A model generated the notes under the pieces. The model saw only the letters and a program-made list of their open reading frames with translations, did no database searches and was not told the origin of the DNA. Shown in pieces: positions 1 through 10,865 of a stretch of DNA of 64,000 bases. Both the position numbers and the translations under genes were made by a program. This DNA is from Iphione sp. A-MEVVRFRX5 (taxonomy: Eukaryota), in NCBI GenBank assembly GCA_976226885.1, contig OZ320314.1:72354001-72418000 (forward strand). Reading direction: 5' to 3'. Positions within the stretch are counted from its first letter, which is position 1; each line of letters opens with the position of its first letter.

Positions 1-269
1 CTCCTGTAAAAGTCATGAAAAACGTAACTTTATCACCTGAAAGCGTCAAATTTGTCGTTTAAGACAGCTACCTGTACAACATACTTGATACGTTAGTAAG
101 GCTACCAACATGAATCGAACGTGTAACCATCGTTTATATGCCAGCCCTACGTCGTACCAGTACTTTTACATGTACTTGGGTTTATCATCACCGCAGGTAC
201 AGGGCACCAGTGTTGTATGAAAACACTCACGTGCTGATCATCAAATTTGAATATTTATTTTTCCAGGAG

Positions 270-399
270 ATGGATTCTTCACTCTTGAAAGATAGAGAGC
301 GCTTTAAACAGAGGGCGCTCGCCAACCCGTCAGTAGAAGCACGGAAACCACGACCAGATGAAGGCAAACCCGCCAAAAGACCAAGACCCACGCCAAAAC
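270..399 (+). CDS. GTF2E2: GTF2E2 coding exon 1 ([23 protein letters not shown]...)
   Basis: Acceptor ttttccag at 266 precedes the ATG at 270, implying an upstream non-coding exon. Donor gtaagt at 400, phase 1. Confidence 0.92.
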
Positions 400-3300
400 G
401 TAAGTACAGATGTCAAGTCAGATACATGTACAGTGCTCCCTCGCTATTGCAGCATGGCAGATTATGCTTGCATAGCGCGGTGTTGGAATACTGAACCATT
501 TTTATATCAGAATTATTCATTTGGTGCCAAGGTATTATACTGGCAAATATTAAGACGTTACTGTAACGGTGTGTGAATATCAGTGGCCCTAGGAGGTCAG
601 TTTGCAATTGTGGTAGACGACGGCTAGACTCCCTTAACCCTGCAGTGCTACCGAGTTGTGCAGGTCAGTTTGCGAAACGAAGCTTTTCCAAACAATGTAT
701 CCAGTTGTCTCGCAAGAAATCGATGCTTATCCCTTCGCCTGACTCGGAGATATTCATGAACCCTGGTTATGTCACGTAATGTCTTTGTTGATCGTGAATT
801 TTGTAGTCTCGCTTGATTTTTTTAAAGGATAAATTTACCTTAATGAAGCAGACGTGGATGAATTTAATGGAAAATACATCCATACAGGCGTGCAGTGCTG
901 TAGAATATATGTAAACCATCACTAGAACAAGGGAAAAATTATACAAGGGTATAAAGATCTCAAGCACAAGGCTCAAACCTTGGGCGTTAGAATAGGATGA
1001 ACAGCTTCATGACTTGTTCAAACCTGTGATAATAAATGATCTGTTCTATACAGCAGCCCCGTCAGTTTCCCAGTTGAGTTACAAGAGCCTACCAGGTAGT
1101 TCGCAGTTCAAGTTCGGAATTTTGGCCAAGATCGTCAAGTACATGAAGGTAAAAACAGTCTTAAATACTAGCTCCCAGCTGAAGAAACTTAAAAACTGCA
1201 ACTGTTTCCACCGTAACGAACATTACGTGGTCGATAATTGGAGTGTGGCGCATGTTTCATGTTTTTCTTTGTCGCTTGTAAATCTTCATTCCGTTTAGGT
1301 TTAATCCCCTTCTTTAACCGGAAGTGATTTTCTTCAGGAACTGTTCTCATTAGTTTCCAGATATACATGTTTTTTTTTTATTATCGGTTATCAATAAATA
1401 TTATTCGTTCACCCGTGTACCAGTGCTTTGCTGACACGAAACCTTCTGTCATGGCATCAGTCCGATCCTCCTCCTCCAGCTTGATCCCTCTGATCAAGCT
1501 GCCTGAGTAAGGTGTAAGGCTCCTTGTGCCGAAGGTCATCGGTTCATGTCCCAGTGCAGTCTTTCACAAAATGCGTCCGTGACAATTCTAGTCATCATCT
1601 AAACTGCGCATGTGTTCTGCTGACATGGACAGGTCAAACATCAAGAGGGCGATACATACCCGCTGACGATTGATGAGATTCTGGATGAGACCAACCAGCT
1701 GGACATCGGCTCGCGGTTACGGCACTGGTTGTCCACAGAGGTAAGCTTCGTATGCAAGAGCATTGTATAATTTTTCACGTTTTCGTCGGCACATTAATAT
1801 CATCCCAATAAACCGCCAGGGACTTGTACGAATACAACGTACAGACCTACAGTCTCGCCAGGGCTGCTGGATGCATTGTGAGCTCAAACTCATAGTTGGT
1901 TGGGGTTTCAGGCGCTGATAAGTAACCCCAAGATCGAGGTAGTCGAGGGCAACAAGTTCAAGTTCAAGCCCAACTACAACATCAAGGACCGGCGGGCATT
2001 GCTGCGACTACTTGACAAGCACGACCAGCGGGGACAGGGAGGCATCTTGTTGGAAGATGTCGAGGAAGCCTTACCCCGCTGTGATAAAGCCTTGAAGGTA
2101 CCTTGAATCGTGTGTTGAATCGCAATGAGTGATGTTTGTCTATTTCAGTGATCAGTGAGAAGGACAGGTAAGTGTCTTCTTAGGAAATGCATGCCAACTT
2201 CCACGAGCTCACCAAGCCTTGAACGTTGGTATATATTTATATTGGATGGCAAGAAGTGTTGTCATCAGCTCTGGTGTATATGTGTATACGTGCGTGAATG
2301 CGCGTGCTTGCCCGGGTGTTTTGATGAGCAGTGAAGGGAGACATCTTGTGACAAGATGTCGAGGAGGTCACGAATCCGTAATGGTTTGCCACGTCTATAC
2401 CGTAATGGTGAATTCGTGTGTATTGAAACATAAGGGATGTTGTTTATATGTGAATTTGTGTGCGTTTGTTTTTTTTTAACATATTGGAATGATATACATG
2501 CACATGTATGTACATGTATTTAGCGGCATCCAACAAAGAACATTAACTCTTTAAAAAATACCTAACGGCTTCATGAAGAATCGCGACTATATCCTGTCAG
2601 GCACGATCTAAGTTATTAATATTTATAAAAGTTCCTTTTATGTCCGCAGGTTTCGTTTTTTCTATTAAGAAGCATACATAATCACTTTATATCAGTCTAG
2701 TATTGGCCATAACCATTACGATTTTGCATACACGACTATGGATTATATTCGTGATGTAATATTCGATAAGAAGTGTTACGGAAGAACCTGAAGGTTGGAA
2801 CCATATTAGCCAGTTGAGCTTACGCCTATGCACAAAACTCCATTGCGTCTTTTTTTGCAGCAACTTGGTGATGCCATAATCTACGTAACGCGACCACAGG
2901 ACAAAAAGAAAGTTCTCTTCTACAACGACAAAAGCTACCAGTTTACAGTTGACGAAGGTAAATGCCCTCTGTACTTTAGTAAACGTGACACCAGCAAAAA
3001 AGGTTCCCCGTTTCGTTAAACATGGATATGTATATTATTGTACATAGCTTAAGTTTCTATTACAACTGTCAGAGGACGTTTTAGTGCATCGAAATTTTAT
3101 CCAAGCTGCGGAATGTAGGCGCTTCAGATACGCCCTCTTTAGGAAAATGCTGAGACCTAGCGGTGTGTTCAGCTACCGCTTACAGTCGCCTTGAAAGTTC
3201 CGATATTCTTCCGAGGGAATAACGGAACTGTATGGACTAAATGATGTTATATTTTCATGCAAGGTCACATTTTTGTCTTAACTTGACGCTACTTAGAAAC

Positions 3301-6300
3301 TATTTTTTGCTTAACACTCACAGAGCTGGTGAAGTTGTGGAGGGGCGTTGCGGTGGACGGAATCGATGAAAACAAAATCGAGGACCACTTGGAGAAGCAG
3401 GGCATCACATCTATGCAGGATGTCGGGCCCCGAAAGGTAAGCTTCCTAGCCACGAATGGGACCGTCCTTTAGACTCCGACATTTTTTTCGACGATGAAAA
3501 GATGGCATATTTTAATGTCAGAAAAGGGAGTGCATACAACCGCTTTTTATATATGCACTAATGGTTTACCAGTGTTTTGAGCTCTGGTGTTTCCATTCTA
3601 GCAGTAGACGTATATCTGTACATGTATAGACCATATAAATGTACATGTATTTGCAAGCATATTTATATCGACTTAACCATACAGACAAGAGGCATCATTT
3701 TAAACTGACATAAAAGGGAACAAATGCATAGATATGAAAATAAGGATTCATTAATGATGACACTTTTTAATGAATACAAATATGCAGACAAAAAACATCA
3801 AGTATGAAGTAAATTTTAGCACTTAAAAGGACAAGCTCTAAGATGGATAACCGTAGACTCATTTTTCAAGCAATGGGAACGTTTCGTTATTATGTCTATT
3901 GAAAGTAGATTTTAGTTAACACAAAAACCACCAGAAGGTGCAAATGTGCTCCTGTCAGAACGTCTGGGAACTAGTTGGGTCTCAAATGTAGACAGTTAGG
4001 GAAAGAGTCAGAAATGCTCCCATTTAAGACGTTCACGTTCGCATATTTTACATACATGTATCTGTATATATACATATATGTACACAGTCGGACGTCTGTG
4101 TACATGCACTTAACTCAGAAAGAACGGATTGAATCGTGCATAGATAGATATGTAACCAGCAACGAAAAAAGGGACACCCAAGGCATATGGGTTAAAATGT
4201 CAAATAAACATTATAAATTCATATAAAAGTAATTTTGCGTAATGTGATGAGATATGTAAAGGAGATAATTCACATAATACATAAATAAGGTTACCATATC
4301 AAAAGAATTTAAGGGTCTTTTTAAATACATTAATACTGGGAAAAAATCCAACTGGAAATTAAATCCATTTTAAAATATCTTTTTTAGAACTATTTCTATA
4401 CAGTACTTTTCAAGATGAATTTGTATCCATCCTTTTGAGTAAGTATTTATATAACAACTTTTGGCTGGCATATCTCAGGATCTAGCAGGATCATCTGCAT
4501 TATTTTGCCCAAAATGATGCCTAAAATGTTCTTTGATTTCCTTGATTTTACACTGATGCACCCTTTTTGCCTGCTTGGTCAAATATATCCATTCAATATG
4601 ACATATATTATAGGGCAATGCAACAACAAACAACCCACCAAAGCAGTCATATTTCAATTTCGTCAGTAATCACTTTAAACAAAGTAATCTACAACATGCA
4701 TTTTCTTAAATACATATAGTTGTTTTTTAGACAGTGTTAATGTGTTGAATAAGAAGATTTGTTTGTCAGCTTAACATTCATAGTAGGACCATAAATTCTT
4801 AGTCTGACCTAGTTTGGTAAGAAATAAAAGAAAAACATGATATAGGATATAGAAAGTGAATTAAATTTCGTAAGTAGGGAGCTGTTAACCAGAGAGTATA
4901 CAATAACTGTAGTAAAGCTTTAGTCAAGTGGATGAAAAAATGTATATATAGTGTATGCCCAATTTCGCCTGTAAGTTGGTCGACGAAAAAGAACACATAG
5001 AATATAATATACGTATAATAGATGAGTGCAAGTTGTCTGAAAGGAGCCCAGTTCATTCAGCCGAGTTTTGAGGAGCCAGGAGAGGGAGCTGCCTTTCTTA
5101 TTACGTACCGTAAGTGAATACCTTGGATAATGGACCCTTCCTGCTTGAAACGGTTCTCACGACGCGAATTAAAAATACGAAAGGTACTGGACAGGTTTCG
5201 GTGGAATACTTTACTGGTCGAATCTTCATGCAGTCGGACGAAAACATATGTAACGTGTGTATGACGGAGTAATAACGGTTGGCAGGGCACCACACAGGAA
5301 TTTAGCGCGCTGTAGTACGTCCCTACGGCAATGCAACACCTTGTGAATCTTTTATCTGCCCTAAACCAAAGTATTCTACAGTATTAGAAATGTATGTACC
5401 CATGTTCCATCAAGATATCTTTACACCCAATTTGTGCGTATAAGACCACCGCTAGCCGTGAACCTAGGAATGCTGCTGTCTGACCCTCTGGTCATGCACC
5501 CACCCATGCAGAACTGGTAGCTCTTATCGTTTTTCAAACCAAATAAATTGTAGCCTAGAAACTTGCACATTCCCCGTCTGGTGTGGTCACCTGTCGAGTC
5601 TATTTGATAGTCATTTTTTTCATTTTCGTACGTTATAACTGAGTGAGGCACGGTATACCCTCGCATCCACAGGGCTGCTTGTTATCTGTGTGCGTGTGTA
5701 ATAGGAATAGCGCCATAAGTCAGAATAGGGAGAATCTTCATTTGAATAGAATGCGGAATCATTTGATGATGAGCAGTAGAACTCTATATATCCATGGTAA
5801 TGGACATGTGAACCCCCTTTTGCATCTGGTTGCATTCAAGGCTTCATATCCATGCTTCGGTATTTCTCCTACTTTTAGAGAATACACACGGAACGGCTCA
5901 GAACAGTCTGCACAAGGCCAAACAGACATTGCTAGTTCTGTCTTATCGTAAACCATTTATGATCCGTTCTATAAGTAATTCATAGGCCGGGTGTCCATGT
6001 GCGCATGTTGGCATGTAGCATGTAAGCTTTTCAATGTGTTTGGGGGGGATAATGTTAATAGGAGTATGTCCATTTAAGCATACGTGTCTGTGTGTGTAGC
6101 ATGTCCACATGCTCTGTGTTTATAAAATGGGAACTGTCCCATTTTTCTGTGAAGGTCAGGTGTGTTTGGGGCATGTTTTTTTGAAACACTCATTGTTACA
6201 GACATGTAAACATGTAAATGCAGTGAATACAGTGAATACACATGCCACAGTGTGTATACAACAATCATTGGATTAATAGAAACACCATTACCTGTTCTTA

Positions 6301-9300
6301 CATGCATGCCCCATGCCTACATGTGCACATGGACATCCAGCCATAAAGGATTTTCATAAGTCTGGAACATGTGGTATATAGATGTACATGTATTTTGCTT
6401 TCTATGGAAATGAACTGTAGAAAGCCACCTTATGGACACGTCTGCAATAGGGACATGCCTCTAATAGGGATACCTTGAGGGAGAGCATATATTCTGTATA
6501 CTAATAATTATTGAAGTCTCTACCAGGGATATGGAACAGTTAGGAGGAACCAGGAGTATCTGTATATGTATAATGTGTGTGCGTGAACATTGTATTTTCC
6601 AAGGATATTGTGTGCCTAGCAAAATGAACAGTGTCCATGATACTATGCATCACAGAAAGGAGAGGAAACCTTGTAGTGATGTGGGTGGTGAGGACAGTCT
6701 GAAGCAAGGAGAGAGAAAGAAAGGAAAAAGTTGGGTCTAAAGATGCCTAACTTCATCAAAATTCGGCGAAATTTGTTGGGTTTCCTCAATGATGCCTAAT
6801 TTCAGTGAAATTTGGTAAAATTTGTAGGGTGTTGTAAAGATGCGTAAATTCAGTCTGGTGAAAGCAGTAATGAAGAGAAAGAAAGAGTCAGACAGAGAGA
6901 GTATGTCTGTGTGCATCGATAGTCTGGTAGTATCAGCATCAGGCTGTTCCGGAAATGAGCTGTATACAGTTATTTGCTGTTTTCTTTGCAATATCTACCT
7001 CCACCCTTCTAAAAAAAATGTCTCGTTGTCGAAATCTAGTATAGAACCCCACTGGCGAATATACATTCATCGTTAAGTTTGTTGTCGGTCAGACTCAAAA
7101 TGGTGTCGCATTTACACAATTGTGCTGAACCTCCCGCATTATAGATTATGCCACTTTTTCTGTTGTACTGAGGACCTCAGGATTCCTCAGTGTCTAAATA
7201 AAATGCATGCATATGTATTTTCAATTCTGTTGCTGATAGTTGGGAGGAGATTTAGCTCCGTCGTTTCCCTCATTTTTTGTTGAGCGATATTAGTTTTTAC
7301 ATTTATTGCCCAATCTTATCAGTATGAACTACTGGATAGAGGCATATGAAACAGCATGCATTCTTGTAATACAAACGTGTACGTGTGGAGACTCGCGCAT
7401 ACACACACACGCACGCACTCACGCACGCACACACACACACACACACACTCACACACACTCTCTCTCTTACACCCTCGCACGCACGCGTACATGTACTTGG
7501 TTGACCTGGTCCTCACCAGACTGTGGCGCCGCCACAAAGTCCGTGTACAGGAGGCACCGAATTATGTGCTTTTAATGGACTCCTTTAGCTTTTAACTGAG
7601 TGTGTTATATGTTAGTAAATAATGTACAGGCGGCTGAGTAAACCGGGCGTTCTCAGCACATCGAATACAGTAGTAATACGCCCACTGCTGTAAGGCCTGG
7701 GCATTGCCACAGGATCCCGGCTTGTTCTGCACACTATGCGCCCGCCGCACAATTTTCCTGGAGATCTGCACAAGGGCATTGCGGTGCGTGTCAAGGTGAA
7801 TGTGCCGGGCGCACTGGATGGGCGCCTTGAAATCTCTAACCCAAGGTAACCTTGTCAGGTGAGCTGTGGACGGGTAGTTTTCTGGTGAAGAAGAAGCGGC
7901 CACGCCGCACGCGCCCCAACACCCTCCCTCCCAGCCTCCCTCCCAGGGGACCTTCACCGCCCAGTCACCACCTGACTCCTCCCACAGCACGGTCGACTTT
8001 GATCTTCTCGTCTCCTCGTGCCGCTTCTATCATCATTGATTCCTTTTGTTGTCAAAACAAGACCCGCAGTGAGCGAATGGCTGAGCCGCTGACAGGGGAG
8101 GCAATTTCAGGCCCACGCAGGCTGACAACTGACAGGTAGCGGAGCCGCTGCCTCAGAAGAAGCATTGCGGGCGCCGGTTTGGTAATATAACGGACGACGC
8201 CCGGGTGGGGCGGGGGTCGCCAGGAAGATCGCGCTGGGTGCTGTGAGCACAGGTAGAATGGTCTTTGAGAGAATCGATAACCATTCGCTGGTAGTCGGAT
8301 GATAAGCCGACCACACCCTTCTGGTGCGCTAAGGCAGATTATAAACAAGCTCCAGCCTGCCTCTTAGTAACCTTTCTGTTCTGCGCCGCCCCCCCCCCCG
8401 CCCCGTCCCCACCATGGTCTCCTACTGTTGCCTCTTCTGACATTGTCTGCCTGTGTTTTGTCGTTTTGGCCTGCCGGTTTGTTTGTCGATTTACCTTGAC
8501 TATCTCTGTGTCCTGCAGGAGGCAGGACCTTCATATCATCCGTCTCTGTCTCTCTATCAACATGTATTTACCTTAAGTCATCTACTGTGCTCAGTCTCCT
8601 CTCCCCCCTCCCTACCTCCCCCTTTTCCCGATGTCCCCCTTCTCTTTCCTCCTCCTCCTTCTACTCTCTCTCCTTCTTTGTCACTGTCCCCGTCCCACTC
8701 TCTGTAGGATTAGTTATTGTCCTCCACCTCATAGAATCGGGGGGGGGGGCTTCGGAGGAATACTGCTGTCTGACTGTCCGACCTTCCATCATACTCTGGT
8801 GTGTCATATAACTCTAAAACCATTCAGTTAAATGAAATGATTTTGATATATGATATTTATGTATATGGACCCATGGCACTGGTAATTGTCGTAGTAATTC
8901 AAGTATTCATTAGAGAGACATTATGTCATTTTACTCTTTTGCTTACATACCCACAAACATATGTACCTTATTTTTGGATTTCTAGATCTGATAATGCACT
9001 AACACATACAGACACACTCACTAATACCCTTTCTGCCAGTACCACCTTGTAACAGTCTGACCAATGGAGGTGCAAACAAGCATGAAATTCATGGAGTGGG
9101 AATGATATCACAGTGGCTGATAAGCCTGGTACCCTGACCTATATACAGGGCAGGGTGCCAGGTGTGGAGGTGAAAGACAGTGGACTTCTCTCTTTGAGCT
9201 ATTGTACTGTTTAGTCCCATAATAATTATTTGGCAATGTTTTCAATGCTTGTTCTGACATTATCATGAGCACACATATAGATCTACCTTTAAATGAAGTG

Positions 9301-9803
9301 CCTATGTCAAATATATCATTAATTTGTTTTCTCCAGGCCTTAGAGTTCACATTAGAATATGCACAAACTCCCTGATTATCACCCACTCTTCACCTCTCTA
9401 GTATTTTTGCTAAAATAAAACAGTTATGCAAGGATTTAAATTGATACTCTAATGTGATGATTTAGATTCAGTTTTAATCTATGTTTTTTCAACCATAGAA
9501 CCATATGATGCCATTTAAATCTTTAAAACATCAGCTCTGACAGTTGCTTGTTTACATGGAACTCACTGCAAGTGTCCGGATTGCCCACTCAAAGAATGGC
9601 CACTTGACGATGGGGAATAACAGACTTTGCAGGTCCACACTCGTTTAAACGAGGACTGATCTGCTATGCATGCATTCCCCCTCCTCATTCTATCTCCATG
9701 CATTCCATCACCTCAGTCTGCCATAATCCTTCACTTACTGGCCCTTTTCCCCTAATCCTTCTGCCCATATCTGCCTGTCTGTCTGTCTGTCTGTCTGTCT
9801 GTC

Positions 9804-9852
<49 letters not shown>

Positions 9853-10865
9853 CTCTCTCTCCGTCTCTCTTTCACTCTCTCCCTCCCTCCATATCAGAAG
9901 ACTGGGCCAGAACTCCACACGGTTCCAAATTGACCTCCCACCTATCAACCAATCCTTACCCTTTAAGGAGCATAATGTTGCTACTGGCAAAAGGTCTTAG
10001 GTCATTACTTGCGGAAACATTTAATCTGGTGTTTTGGCCACTGTATCTATAACAACTGCCATTTCCCTTCGCCCGACACGTTAGAACTGGGGACTACCGG
10101 TGCCTTTCTCTGCAGTATGACAGTATAAAGGTAACAGTAGAGAGAGAGAAAAAAACAGTTTAAAAGTATTGGTTTAATGAAGGCTTTGTCCTCGTGCCTC
10201 GACGTGTGCAGTGTGACGTCACGCTCCCTTTAGCTCTTTTCTCTGCCGTTGCATCTTCCTTTTTTTGATGTTTGCGACACGTGAATCCTAAACACATGGT
10301 ATAGGTGCACACTTGGAGAAAACGGGGCTTCGATTCCGTGGACAGCGAGCCAAACGCATTAATTCCTGAAGACGCGCTCGGGCCGACATGCAATCGTTTG
10401 AGTAATATCTTAAGACCCAGATGTATGTGATAGGACAAGACTGTGTATACTGTTATGTGTGTTGAACAGGCGAATAGCTGACCGACGAGACCTAGAATCG
10501 TACGAAATTAGTTTCGTTGTGAGCCATTATTTATGCCGTGACAAAATGTCATCATAAGGACTTTTAATGTCATGAGTTATGGGTGTGAAGTGAAGCGTTA
10601 GTAACTTAGAATCTCACAAGTCCCGCCGTTTTATACAACACCGCCGCCGTTCTCATTGCCTTCTCCCAATGCACACATTACACATCATAGTCACTGCCAT
10701 CGGAACTGCGGATTACCCGTTGCTGATCTAACTTTTTTCTATAAATTTCCCTTCCAGGCTGTCAATCCGAAGCGCAAGAAGACGAAGGCCAAGAAACGTC
10801 AGTTCAAATCGCATAACGAGCACATGGGGGATATCCTTCAAGATTATTCCGACATGCAGAAATAG
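270..10865 (+). CDS. GTF2E2: General transcription factor IIE subunit 2 (TFIIE beta), 7 coding exons, 278 aa
   Basis: Hand-spliced exons 270-399, 1054-1148, 1633-1740, 1912-2097, 2861-2957, 3324-3436, 10758-10865. All introns are GT-AG with consistent phases (837 nt total). The protein contains the TFIIE-beta motifs [93 protein letters not shown] and [12 protein letters not shown]. Confidence 0.97.
1054..1148 (+). CDS. GTF2E2: GTF2E2 coding exon 2
   Basis: [24 protein letters not shown]; CAGCAG acceptor at 1051-1056; donor gtaaaa at 1149. Confidence 0.92.
1633..1740 (+). CDS. GTF2E2: GTF2E2 coding exon 3
   Basis: [36 protein letters not shown]; acag acceptor, gtaagc donor. Not in the ORF track. 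Confidence 0.93.
1912..2097 (+). CDS. GTF2E2: GTF2E2 coding exon 4
   Basis: [22 protein letters not shown]...[12 protein letters not shown]; tttcag acceptor, gtacct donor. Confidence 0.95.
2861..2957 (+). CDS. GTF2E2: GTF2E2 coding exon 5
   Basis: [32 protein letters not shown]; ttttttgcag acceptor, gtaaat donor. Confidence 0.95.
3324..3436 (+). CDS. GTF2E2: GTF2E2 coding exon 6
   Basis: (E)[37 protein letters not shown]; cacag acceptor, gtaagc donor. Not in the ORF track. Confidence 0.94.
7395..7490. repeat. Compound (CA)n/(CACG)n/(CT)n microsatellite
   Basis: Visible cacacacac/cacgcacg runs; these produce the spurious HTHTHT and CVCVCV ORFs. Confidence 0.9.
9085..9530 (-). repeat. Dispersed repeat, copy A (about 440 bp), family unidentified
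   Basis: The reverse complement aligns by eye with 19685-20125, e.g. gataatcagggagtt..gcatattctaatgtgaactctaaggcctggagaaaacaaa and taccaggcttatcagccactgtga..tcattcccact. Confidence 0.8.
9768..9890. repeat. (CTGT)n followed by (CT)n microsatellite
   Basis: Directly visible; explains the ERERER and SLSLSL ORFs. Confidence 0.95.
10758..10865 (+). CDS. GTF2E2: GTF2E2 last coding exon
   Basis: [35 protein letters not shown], which matches the conserved C-terminus; cccttccag acceptor, phase 0. Confidence 0.93.
   Translation, partial: AVNPKRKKTKAKKRQFKSHNEHMGDILQDYSDMQK

Noticed and set aside
1490-1560. tRNA-like segment with ggttcatgtcc
   Set aside because: The B box is degenerate and there is no A box or cloverleaf.
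5022-5109. Exon-like segment in the last GTF2E2 intron ending in a strong gtaagt donor
   Set aside because: Inclusion would shift the frame of the conserved last exon, the acceptors are weak and the peptide resembles nothing I recognise.
7306-9990. ORFs with HTHTHT, CVCVCV, ERERER or SLSLSL runs (also at 13363 and 37420)
   Set aside because: These are translations of microsatellites.
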